Shown in pieces: positions 23,179 to 35,000 of a DNA stretch of 64,000 nucleotides. Every line of letters begins with the position of its first letter. Position 1 is the first letter of the stretch. Under the pieces are notes generated by a model. It did no database searches, was not told the DNA's origin, and worked only from the letters and a program-made list of their open reading frames with translations. This DNA is from Macrostomum lignano (lineage: Eukaryota), in contig NIVC01000827.1 of assembly GCA_002269645.1 (NCBI GenBank), positions 248,001 to 312,000 on the forward strand, read 5' to 3'. The translations under genes were made by a program, and so were the position numbers.

Positions 23179-26100
23179 ATGCCCTGGGAGGAGGTGAGCA
23201 AAGTCCAGCAAGAGGGCCGTCACGAGCTGGTGCTGAGCGGTCCCGAGGTTGCTCAGCGCATCGAGACGGAAGGCCTGGACCCGCTGGTGCTGCAGCTGGA
23301 GTCGTTGAACTTTCTCAGCATCTCCAAGACCGCACTTGAGCAGCTGCCGACTCCGGATGGCGGGATCCGGCTGCCGGCACTGACCAAGCTGTGCGTGTAT
23401 GAGAATCGCCTGGCTGCCCTGCCAGCCACCTTTGCGCAGTTGGCCACCTTGAAGCACCTGGACTTGAGCAACAACCGGCTGGTGTGTCTGCCGGATAACT
23501 TGCTGACTGACCTGCTGCAGCTTGAGGTGCGCGCAATTCTGTGAGATGGAATTAAATAAAAGCACTGTTGAAATGAAATCAGTGAGCTCATGAGCTGCGT
23601 GTCAATGCACGAAAATTCACCTTGGGGGGTTGTCTTGCGATTCACAGCCGTTACCGTGACATGGATCGCTGAAGAGTGACTGCAAACGCCTCAAATTCAC
23701 TTTCTTGGCCTGGGTGAGATATGTCAATTAAACAAGTTTAAAAACCACTCTTTCAGGTGCTGAACCTGTCTAATAATCAGTTGGAGAGCCTGCCGCGACT
23801 GGGACCTCTGTCTCACCTGCTGGACATGTACCTGAGCAACAATAGATTGACAGCTCTGCCTGATGGTATCGACCGGCCTGAGTTGTCAAGTTTACTGTCA
23901 ATCAGAGCCAACAATAACAGCATTGAGGTTGGGCCTTGTGTCTTTGATGTTTCCTTTTTTAAATGCGAGTTACAGTACCGGTACAGTAGATAGAGCTAGA
24001 GTCTTTGAGCTATTCCCTCCACAGGTGCAGTCAGAGGCCCCACAGGTGCAGTCAGAGGCCCCACAGGTGCAGTCAGAGGCCCACAGGTGCAGTCAGAGTC
24101 TCCACAGGTGCAGTCAGAGTCCCCACAGGTGCAGTCAGAGTCCCCACAGGTGCAGTCAGAGTCCCCACAGGTGCAGTCAGAGTCCCCACAGGTGCAGTCA
24201 GAGGAGTCCCCACATGTGCAGTCAGAGGCCCCACAGGTGCAGTCAGAGGCCCCACAGGTGCAGTCAGAGTCCCCACAGGTGCGGTCAGAGGCCCCACAGG
24301 TGCAGTCAGAGTCCCCACAGGTGCAGTCAGAGGCCCACAGGTGCAGTCAGAGTCTCCACAGGTGCAGTCAGAGTCCCCACAGGTGCAGTCAGAGTCCCCA
24401 CAGGTGCAGTCAGAGTCCCCACAGGTGCAGTCAGAGTCCCCACAGGTGCAGTCAGAGGAGTCCCCACATGTGCAGTCAGAGGCCCCACAGGTGCAGTCAG
24501 AGGCCCCACAGGTGCAGTCAGAGTCCCCACAGGTGCGGTCAGAGGCCCCACAGGTGCAGTCAGAGTCCCCACAGGTGCAGTCAGAGTCCCCACAGGTGAA
24601 GTCAGAGGCCCCACAGGTGCAGTCAGAGTCCCCGCTGCCCGCTCAGGCCCTGCCGCCCTCGCTGTCGCGCCTGCCGTGCCTGCGGGTGCTGGACCTGGAG
24701 AACAACCGGGTCACCGAGTTGCCAGCCGACGTGAGCGGCTGCGCCAAGCTGCGCGAGCTCAACCTCAAAGGTAATAAAATTGCCGATCGCCGCTTGAAAA
24801 AGATGCTGGAAGACGACAAGGTGCAGTGCGCCTCGGTGCTGGAGTACCTGCGCAAGACCGCCGCCTCCAGGCCGGGCCAGGCCACAGCCAAGGCGGCTGG
24901 CAAGAAGCAGAAAAAGCAGCAACAACAGCAGCAGCGACTCGAGTCCGAGACTGGCGATGGAGACGATGCTGATGAAGCTGAAGCCGCCACGGTACGTGCA
25001 GTCTGGGATTCTGGCTTAAGATGGGGGGCAGGAGTGGAATTTGAGTGACAAATCCAAGTAATTGACAATTGGAGTGACTGGTCGAGTGACAGGTGGAGTG
25101 ACTGTTCGAGTGACAGGTGGAGTGACTGGTCGAGTGACAGATAAGTGAGTAACTGATGGAGTGACAGATAAGTGAGTGACAGGTCAAGTGACAGATAAGT
25201 GAGTGACTGGTGGCCGAGTGACAGATAAGTGAGTGACTGGCCGAGTGACAGATAAGTGAGTGACAGATAAGTGAGTAACTGATGGAGTGACAGATAAGTG
25301 AGTGACAGGTCAAGTGACAGATAAGTGAGTGACTGGTGGCCGAGTGACAGATAAGTGAGTGACTGGCCGAGTGACAGATAAGTGAGTGACAGATAAGTGA
25401 GTGACAGATAAGTGAGTGACAGATAAGTGAGTGACTGATAAGTGAGTGACAGGTCCAATGATAGATAAGTGAGTGACAGATGAGTGACTTAGGTTTAAGA
25501 GATAAGCCAGCTAATGCTGAGCAGCTGGTACCCCCCTCCTCACCAGATCGACATCCGGCACTGGCGCCCTGAGTCGGACCTGACTGCCCGCCTGCACGAG
25601 TCGGTGCTGGAGGTGCGGCCCTACCTGGTGCTGTGCGCCGTCCGCAACATCGACCTGGCCAGCGCGCCAGGCCGCTTCAAAGCCTTCCTGGCCTGCCAGC
25701 AGGCGCTGCACGACGGCCTCGCCGACCGGCGGCAGAAGCTGACGGTGGCAAGCCACGATCTGGACAAGATCCGCTTCCCCCTGACCTTCGAGGCCCGGCC
25801 ACCGGCCGAGATCGTGTTCCGGCCGCTCAAGTCGGCCAAAGAGGAATCGGCCGCCGAGCTGTTCCGCCGGCTCCGTCAGGAGGCCGAGGACGAGCGGAAG
25901 GCGAAGAAGCGGAACACGGTGTCCGGGGTGCACCGCTACCTGTCCCTGCTGGAGGGCCGGCCGGCCTACCCAGTGCTTCTGGACCGGGACCAGCGGGTGC
26001 TGTCCCTGCCGCCCATCACCAATGCCGAGCTCAGCAGGATCGGCCCGGAGACCCGGAATCTGCTGCTAGAGGTGAGGGGAATCTGCTGCTGGAGGTGAGG

Positions 26101-27204
26101 GGAATCTGCTGCTGGAGGTGAGGGGAATCTGCTGCTGAAGGTGAGGGCGTCCGCGCCTGGAATCGCCTAATGACTCAGCCACCCCATAAGAATCGCCCCT
26201 AAGCCAGCCCAAAAAAATCGCCCCTCAGCCACCCCATAAGAATCGCCCCTCAGCCACCCCATAAGAATCGCCCCTCAGCCACTCCATGAGAATCGCCCCT
26301 CAGCCACTCCATGAGAATCGCCCCTCAGCCACTCCATGAGAATCGCCCCTCAGCCAGCCCATGAGAATCGCCCCTCAGCCACTCCATAAGAATCGCCTCT
26401 CAGCCACCCCATGAGAATCGCTCCTCAGCCACCCCATGAGAATCGCCCCTCAGCCACCCCATAAGAATCGCCCCTCAGCCAGCTCATGAGAATCGCCGCT
26501 CAGCCACCCCATGAGAATCGCCCCTCAGCCAGCTCATGAGAATCGCCGCTCAGCCAGCTCATGAGAATCGCCCCTCAGCCACCCCATGAGAATCGCCCCT
26601 CAGCCAGCTCATGAGAATCGCCCCTCAGCCATCCCATAAGAATCGCCCCTCAGCCACCCCATGAGAATCGCCCCTCAGCCACCCCATGAGAATCGCCCCT
26701 CAGCCACCCCATGAGAATCGCCCCTCAGCCACCCCATGAGAATCGCCCCTCAGCCACCCCATGAGAATCGCCCCTCAGCCATCCCATAAGAATCGCCCCT
26801 CAGCCACCCCATGAGAATCGCCCCTCAGCCACCCCATGAGAATCGCCCCTCAGCCACCCCATGAGAATCGCCCCTCAGCCATCCCATAAGAATCGCCCCT
26901 CAGCCACCCCATGAGAATCGCCCCTCAGCCATCCCATGAGAATCGCCCCTCAGCCAGCCCACGCCAACCTGCACCGCAGGTGAGCGGGCACAGCCGCCTG
27001 GAGCTGTGCAAGCAGGCCATGGAGCAGCTCATTTCCTGGCTGCTGTCCTCAGCCCTGAAAGACGACCCCGCGAACGAGGCCGGGCTGGCCATCGAGCAGG
27101 TGCGCACGCTGGACTGGGAGGGCGGCCTCCGGGTGGTGTACCCGTCGCGAACCGACCTGGTCAGCTGCGAGACCAGCTCGTGCCGGTTCAACCGGCCTGG
27201 ATGA
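23179..27204 (+). CDS. LRRC47: Leucine-rich repeat-containing protein 47 (LRRs plus PheRS-beta B3/B4-like domain); exons 23179-23526, 23757-23927, 24647-24991, 25547-26071, 26980-27204
   Basis: N-terminus WEEV..VQQEGRHELVLSG, multiple LxxLxLxNN repeats, then VRPYLVLCAVRNIDL, LHDGLADRRQKLTVASHDL, VLSLPPITNAELSRI and EQVRTLDWEGGLRVVYPSRTDL. All introns are GT-AG, phase 0. Confidence 0.92.
24025..24630 (+). repeat. 21-bp minisatellite GTGCAGTCAGAGTCCCCACAG in LRRC47 intron 2
   Basis: About 29 units, each ending in CCCCACAG. The array is internally duplicated (two similar halves). Confidence 0.95.
25070..25490. repeat. Minisatellite (GAGTGACAGATAAGT-like) in LRRC47 intron 3
   Basis: Direct reading; units contain GTGAGT. 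Confidence 0.9.
26057..26147 (+). repeat. Four tandem copies of a 23-bp unit spanning the LRRC47 exon-4 donor
   Basis: AATCTGCTGCT(A/G)(G/A)AG|GTGAGGGG, with GT at 26072, 26095, 26118 and 26141. Confidence 0.95.
26175..26960. repeat. 25-bp minisatellite (CAGCCACCCCATGAGAATCGCCCCT) in LRRC47 intron 4
   Basis: About 31 units, read directly. Confidence 0.95.
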
Positions 27205-27719
27205 CCGACTGAACAGAAGAGCGGCTTCATCTGTGTGGATGCTGGAGGAGTCTTCCTTTGATGATGAGTTCTGAAGTCAATCGAGTCATTCGTTAATAAC
27301 AGCAGGCTAAATGCTTTAATGCGACTTTAACTATAAACCGAAAAGTATAGACCATTTTCCAAGCCAATCGAGCCTAGGACCTCAGTGGGAGAATCCGGCT
27401 TCACAGGCGGCCGCCTTTTGAGCCATAGACAGTGAAAAGCAAGCCTTCAAATGCTCAGTTGGTTAGGAAAATGCCATACTGATGGTGTCACTGAGAAATC
27501 CGAATTGAAGCTGTAAGCGCATTTTTTTGTTCTCTGATTGAATAAAATAAATCTAATTGACGACGGAAAACACGTGACTGACGCGCCTTTATGGGACAAA
27601 TTCCAGTGTGCTGGAAGTTAAACTTGCATCCAGATCTGGCTTTCTTGTTTGTTTATTTCTAAGAAAATTGCCAGAGTTTTTGGGAGAACTTTTGTAAAGC
27701 TGAGCACACTTCTGACTCA

Positions 27720-28560
27720 ATAGACACTTCACACTGTGGAGTCTGGACACTTCACAAAATATGGACGCTTCAGTCTGGACACTTCACAGACTGTGGAAAC
27801 TTCATAGACTGGACACTTCACAGACTGGACACTTCACAGACTGGACACTTCACAGACTGGACACTTCAAAGACTATGGACACTTCACAGACTGGACACTT
27901 CAAAGACTATGGACACTTCACAGACTGGACACTTCACATACTGGACGCTTCACAGACTGGACACTTCAGAGACTATGGACACTTCATAGGCTGGGCACTT
28001 CACAGACTGGACACTTCACACACTGGAAACTTCACATACTGGACGCTTCACATACTGGACGCTTCACAGACTGGACACTTCACAGACTATGGACACTTCA
28101 TAGGCTGGGCACTTCACAGACTGGACACTTCACGCACTGGAAACTTCATAGACTGGACACTTCATAGACTCGACACTTCACAGACTGGAAACTTCATAGG
28201 CTGGACACTTCACAGACTGGACACTTCACAGACTGGACACTTCATAGACTCGACACTTCACACACTGGAAACTTCATAGGCTGGACACTTCACAGACTGG
28301 ACACTTCACACACTGGAAACTTCACAGACTGGACACTTCACAGACTGGACACTTCATAGACTGGACACTTCACAGACTGGACACTTCATAGACTCGACAC
28401 TTCACACACTGGAAACTTCATAGGCTGGACACTTCACAGACTGGACACTTCACACACTGGAAACTTCACAGACTGGACACTTCACAGACTGGACACTTCA
28501 TAGACTGGACACTTCACAGACTGGACACTTCACAGACTGGACACTTCATAGGCTGGAAAC
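27720..28560. repeat. 16-bp minisatellite (GACTGGACACTTCACA)
   Basis: Intergenic tandem array, read directly. Confidence 0.95.
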
Positions 28561-29051
28561 TCTCAGCTGACTTCGTTTTCGAAAGATTTAAAACAAACCT
28601 TTTGAGTTCATGAAATTTCTAGGAGGATGATTGAAGCGAGCCCATCCGCTACTAATAGAAGTAGTCGCGTGTGTAATCTGCACTGAATGGCCTTGCAAGC
28701 GCAGTTTCAATGCTATAAAACACGCGGCCTGTCCTTTGCTTCACTGAACAATGTACGCTCCTCTATTCTTCATGCAATGGGCCGGGATAGGCTGAGAAGC
28801 AGGGGCAGACGGGCTTGAATTTGAGTCTTCTCACATTGGGTGCGCCAGTGCGAATTCTGCGCTTCTACAGTGGGTGGGCGGGCAGCTGTTGCTGTTGCAG
28901 AGACACTTTTGTAAGGCGCATTGTGGCGCACCCTGTTTAAATTATCTTGGGTGGGTCTCTCTGGGCTAATTGTGAATTTCTCTGCGGCTTCCATCGTTTT
29001 CTCACGCGCTGAAGAAGATCAAACTAAAAGAAACCTAAGCGACCAAGGAGA

Positions 29052-32000
29052 ATGAAGCCGCTGATTTCTGTTGCGTTGCTTCTAGTAGCAGCAGCAGGAA
29101 TTCCTTCTTGCCTCGGACAGCTAGTCTGGGTAAACGACTGCAGCGCCACTTTCAAGCTAGGCTTGCAGGAAAATATCCCAGTGGGAACTCGGCTCTGCAC
29201 CCTGGCCGCTACCTACAATAACAACAGTGCTCGGGTGACTTACGAAGCGGTTAGCGATAATTTCAATGTGAACACCACGACTGGAGTGCTGAGCATGGCC
29301 AGGATCATCGACAGAGAGGTGCGTTACCTGCCCTCGTTAGCAGGGCCTTTGCGGGGCTAAATGCAATCCTGACACCCTGATAGCGTCCTGACACCCTGCT
29401 GACGTCCTGACACCCTGCTAGCGTCCTGACACCCCTGCTAGCATCCTGACACCCTTGCTGATGTCCTGACACCCTGCAAGCATCTTGACACACTTGCTGA
29501 TGTTCTGACACCCAGCTAGCGTCCTGACACCCTTGCTGATGCCCTGACACTCTGCTAGCATCCTGAAACACTTGCTGATGTCCTGATACCCTGCTAGCAT
29601 CCTGACACCCTTGCTGATTTCCTGACACCCTGCTAGCGACCTTTACCCTTGCTGATGTCCTGACACCCTGCTAGCGACCTGGCACCCTGCCACATGTAAT
29701 AATCCTGACACCCAGCTGGCATCCTGGCGTCCTGCTAACGTCCTAAACCCTGCTAGCATTTAGGCATCCTGATGACGTCCTGACACCACCACCACCACCA
29801 TGACACCCTCGGGCTTTCTCTGCCTGATACTTATGCACCCAAAGACGGTGCATAGTGGCTGTGAGAACAAGAGTCAGCGCATTTCATCCACACCCACAGA
29901 CCATAGACCCGGCCAGCAGAGACACGGTGCTGCTGACAGTGCGGGCCAGATACAACCCAGCCTCTCTATCCATCGAAGCCGCCATCACCATCACCATCTT
30001 GGACGTCAACGACAATCAGCCGCAGTTTGAAGGCCAACCGTATTCCGCCAGCGTGTCGGAAGCGGCTCCAAACGGCACCGTGTTCTACTCAGGCATCGTG
30101 GCCACCGACTCAGACGCCGGAACCAACGCCGAGCTGACGCTCAGCTGCATTAACTGCGCCAAGTTCCACCTCTTCCAGACCCGACTGGCCGCCAATCGGT
30201 ACCAGGGCTCGCTGATGCTGGTCGAGCCCGTGGACTACGAGCAGGACACTTACTACATCGTCACCGTCTTGGCCAAGGACAGTAGCGCCACCAACCCGCT
30301 CAACCGCACCGTCAACGTCATCGTCACCATCGGCGACGCCCAGGACACGCCGCCGGTGTTCCGCGACCGCTACATCAGCTTCACCATCACCGAGAACAAC
30401 ACCGTCGTGTCCGCGCTCGGCTACGTTGAGGCCCGCGACGGCGACGGTGGCGACAACCTCGGCCGGCCAGTGGTGCTTGACATCGTCAACGACCCGATCG
30501 GGGCCTTCCTTTTCAAAGCAACGCTGGACCCGCTGCTCAGCTCGGTGTACTACCGGGGCGAGCTGGTGCTGAAGCCGGGCGCGGTGCTGGATCGCGAGGC
30601 CTGGTACGGCAACTTCTACAGCTTCAACATCAGCGCCACGGAGATTTACTCGAAGTCGAACACCACAAAAACTGACGCGGTAAGGCAGAACGCAGTCGAG
30701 ATAATCGTCATCGACATCAACGACAACATTCCGGCATTCGTCGACGGGCCAATCTTCAACGTGACGACGCCGGAGAATCTCGCCAACTTGTCCGTCATCG
30801 GCGGCCTGGACATTCTGGTGCGAGACGCGGACGGCACGTCCAGGTACAACACGATGAACGTGTCCGTGCAGTCGTCCACGTACGCCAACGTGTTCGCTAT
30901 CACGCCAAGCACAGTGGTTGGCCAGGGCACCTGCAACCTGCTGGTCATGGACTCTACCAAGCTGGACTACGAGGTGCCTGCCTACCGAGAGCATGCGGTG
31001 GTGCTGCTGCTCCAGGAGGCCGGCACAACCGAGAAGTTCTCTTCCTCGGCGACTGTCTATATTCGGCTGACTGACATCAACGATAATGCCCCCACCTTTG
31101 GGGGCAATTCCTCGTTTTTTCAGTGAGTAGTTCGCTTCCAGCATTGGGCAACGTTTATACGAGCTAGTAGACAAAAAGCCTGGGAAGTGTCGTTCGATGT
31201 GATTCTGCACTGGGAAGTGTCGTTCGATGTGATTCTGCACTGGGAAGTGGCTCTCGAGGGGCAAACAGAAAAAGATCAGATGTGTCCATAATGGGTCCGG
31301 TTTTACTATATATTTTTGGGCTCCTGGCCCCACCTTTGCCAGGCATGCTGTGGCACTAAAGATACGTACATATGATGCATGCATACGTACGCGTCCGAGT
31401 GTTCAGAGGATCCACAGCCTAGGCCATCACAGATGTCACAGACGGCGTTGCGCCACGGTGCCTATCGCTCATCTGTGTGTACTTTTCATGGTTTTCTAGG
31501 AAAGTGTAAAAGGTCCCCTGGGATTGAGGTCCTTTTACACTTACGAAAGCAAGCCAACTGCATGCACGCACATACCGCCCACAGGTTCAGCGTGCTGGAG
31601 ATTCGCCCGGTCGGCTGGCTGGTCGGCCACGTCCGCGCCACCGACCGCGACTCCGGCCTGCTCGGCGAGGTGACCCACTCGCTCAGCGGGTCGAACGCCG
31701 ACAAACTGTCAATCAACGCCACGACTGGCCAGCTGAATCTGGCCAAGCCGCTCAACTACGACATCGAGAAGGAGTTCAGCGTCACGGTGGTCGCGACCGA
31801 CGGCGGCGGACTGTCATCTGCCGCTGTAGTCTATATCAACGTTCAGGACTATAATGACAAGGCGCCATACTTCAGCCAGGACCGCTACACCGCCACCATC
31901 AATGAGCAGTCCACCATTCTCATCCCGCCGCTGGTGCTCAAGACAAACGACACGGACACGACGGTGCCGATCAAATTCAGCATCATCAGCGGCAACACGC

Positions 32001-35000
32001 CGGACAATGGGTTCCGCATCGTCAACCAGAACTCCAGCCTGCTCAACGGCGAGCTTATCATCACCCGGTCTGGCGGCTTCAACTTCACGGACACTCCGTC
32101 CGGCACCTTCGGACGCTTCATTTTGCACGTGCTGGCCCAGGACGAAGGTGACCCGCCGCTGAACGCCACCACCATTGTTGAGATCAGCCTCCGCGACATC
32201 AACAACAACCCGCCCATCTTCAATCCGAAGAACTATTCGGCGGTGATCAAGGAGACCACGGCGGAGGGCACCATCATCGCCACTCTGACGGCCACGGATG
32301 CTGACATTGACGCGGAGACCAACAAGAGGATCACCTACCAGCTGCAGTCGGGCAGCGTCGAGAAGTTCACCATCAACAGCCTCACCGGGGAGCTCAGCGT
32401 GGCCAGGACCAACAATTTCGACATCAACCGGGAGGGCAGCCTCTTCTATGTGCAGGTGGTGGCCAGAGACAACGGCGCGCCCACCCAGTCCGACGTGGCC
32501 TCCGTCTACGTCACCGTGCTGGACGCGAACAACAAGAATCCGTTCTTCTTCCAGCCGCTGTACATTTTCCAGATTGTCGAGGACACCCCCATCGGCAGCC
32601 TGGTGGGCTTCGTGAACGCCAGCGATCAGGACAGCAACGCTCGCCTGGAGTTCACCGTGAATCCCACCTCCATCACCGCCATGAATCCATTCAGCATCCC
32701 GGTGACGTCCCGGGCTCCGTTCGACTATCTGGCCGCCTTCCAGATGAACAGCAGCGGCTTCATCACCACCCAGTTGGTGATGAACCGCGACGCCGTCGCC
32801 CAGGTCCAGATGGTGGCGGTGGTCCGCGACCTCAACGCCGAGCTGCCGCCGATCCAGACCGCCACCAGCACGGTGGTGATCCAAATCACCCAGCGGAGCT
32901 CCCGCTCGCCGGTGTTCAGCGCGCCCTGGTCCGTGTCCAGCCCGCAGATCCTGGTGCCGATGCCGGAGGGCCTCCCAGTCGGCACCACCATCATCACCCT
33001 GGTGGCCAGCGACCCGTCCACCAACGAGAAGGTGACCAACTTCCGCGTCATCCCCGGATCGGACAGCGAGAGCGCCTTCACGCTGGACTCGCGCACCGGC
33101 ACCCTGACGCTGAACAAAGTGCTGGACTACGAGAACCGGATCAACAAGCGGCTGTCGGTGATTGTGGAGGCCCGCACCAGCGCCAACACCACGGCGCTCT
33201 GCACTGTCTACGTCATCATCGAGGACATCAACGATAATCCGCCCGTGTGAGTGGCTGAGCCGCGTTTTGGGGAAGTGGGGGAGGAGTATGGCGAGTGCGA
33301 TGGAGAGTAGGAGAGGGTGGGAGAGAGTGAGAGAGAGTGGGAGAGAGTGAGAGAGAGTGAGAGAGAGTGAGAGAGAGTGAGAGAGAGTGAGAGAGAGTGG
33401 GAGAGAGTGAGAGAGAGTGGGAGAGAGTGGGAGAGAGTGGGAGAGAGTGAGAGAGAGTGAGAGAGAGTGAGAGAGAGTGAGAGAGAGTGGGAGAGAGTGG
33501 GAGAGAGTGGGAGAGAGTGGGAGAGAGTGAGAGAGAGTGAGAGAGAGTGAGAGAGAGTGGGAGAGAGTGAGAGAGAGTGAGAGAGAGTGAGAGAGAGTGA
33601 GAGAGAGAGTGGGAGAGAGTGAGAGAGAGTGAGAGAGAGTGAGAGAGAGTGGGAGAGAGTGGGAGAGAGTGGGAGAGAGTGGGAGAGAGTGAGAGAGAGT
33701 GAGAGAGAGTGAGAGAGAGTGGGAGAGAGTGAGAGAGAGTGAGAGAGAGTGAGAGAGAGTGAGAGAGAGTGGGAGAGAGTGAGAGAGAGTGAGAGAGAGT
33801 GAGAGAGAGAGTGGGAGAGAGTGGGAGAGAGTGAGAGAGAGTGAGAGAGAGTGAGAGAGAGTGGGAGAGAGTGGGAGAGAGTGGGAGAGAGTGAGAGAGA
33901 GTGAGAGAGAGTGGGAGAGAGTGGGAGAGAGTGGGAGAGTGGGAGAGAGAGTGGGAGAGAGTGAGAGAGAGTGAGAGAGAGTGGGAGAGAGTGGGAGAGA
34001 GTGAGAGAGAGTGAGAGAGAGTGGGAGAGAGTGGGAGAGAGTGAGAGAGAGTGGGAGAGAGTGGGAGAGAGTGAGAGAGAGTGAGAGCGCCTGAGAGATC
34101 AATTACTTTGAGACTTCCCAAACCTCTTAAATAGCAGTGAAATCCCACTCAAACCAACTCGCAGATTCCTATCTTCATCTTACGCCTTCCTGGTCTCCGA
34201 GGACACCCGCTATCCGCAGGAGTTCGGCCTGGTGGTTGCCACAGACGCAGACAGCGGCGACTATGGCACGCTGAGGTACTCGCTGCGGGGCACCGGGTCT
34301 GAGCTGTTCTTCCTCGACCCGGTGTTCGGCACCATCCGGCCAGCGCCGGGGGTCACGCTGGACCGCGAGGCCAAGTCGCAGTTTGACTTTCTGGTACGTT
34401 CGAAGATTGCTGTTTTTGTTGTGGGTGAAACAAATGTTCCCCATAGACATTTATTTCCGTGACTGCGCTATGTTAATATGAAGAGGTCGAACGGACCAAA
34501 CTAGAAAGGAACAAAAATAAAATTAATTAAGAGCTAAGCTCAGCGTCAATGACCCATGCATACATTGAAGGCTTAAAGCCAAAGTACAACAGTTTTAGCG
34601 TCAGTTAAACTCCGAGCTCTTGCAACCATGCCTAATTCAAATTCGGGCCAAAAAGGAAGTAGTTAAACAAATGGTTAGAAAACCAAAGACAGTTCTAAAT
34701 TGTAAAAAAGTACTTTTTAAATTTAATCAACCACTTTGGTGTCTTATACCTGAGAAGTACTTACGTTTTCTAAAGCACTGCATTTGTTTTTCACCATTTG
34801 TTTAACTATACTCATTTTGGCGCTAATTTGAATCGGATTATGTTGAACGAATGAATTTACATGGCTGTATTTACATGAATTTACATGATTGTTGCAATGA
34901 CTTATGCAACAATGAAATTGCATTTTAAATCGCCTTTGTACCAATCTTTTCCTGACTGCTAGCAACTGCCAATGATGATGGAGAACGCCGGGGTTTGATT

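Noticed and set aside
31814-34148. 762-aa and 306-aa minus-strand ORFs
   Set aside because: They are the antisense of GC-rich cadherin exons plus the GA repeat (SLTLSH runs).
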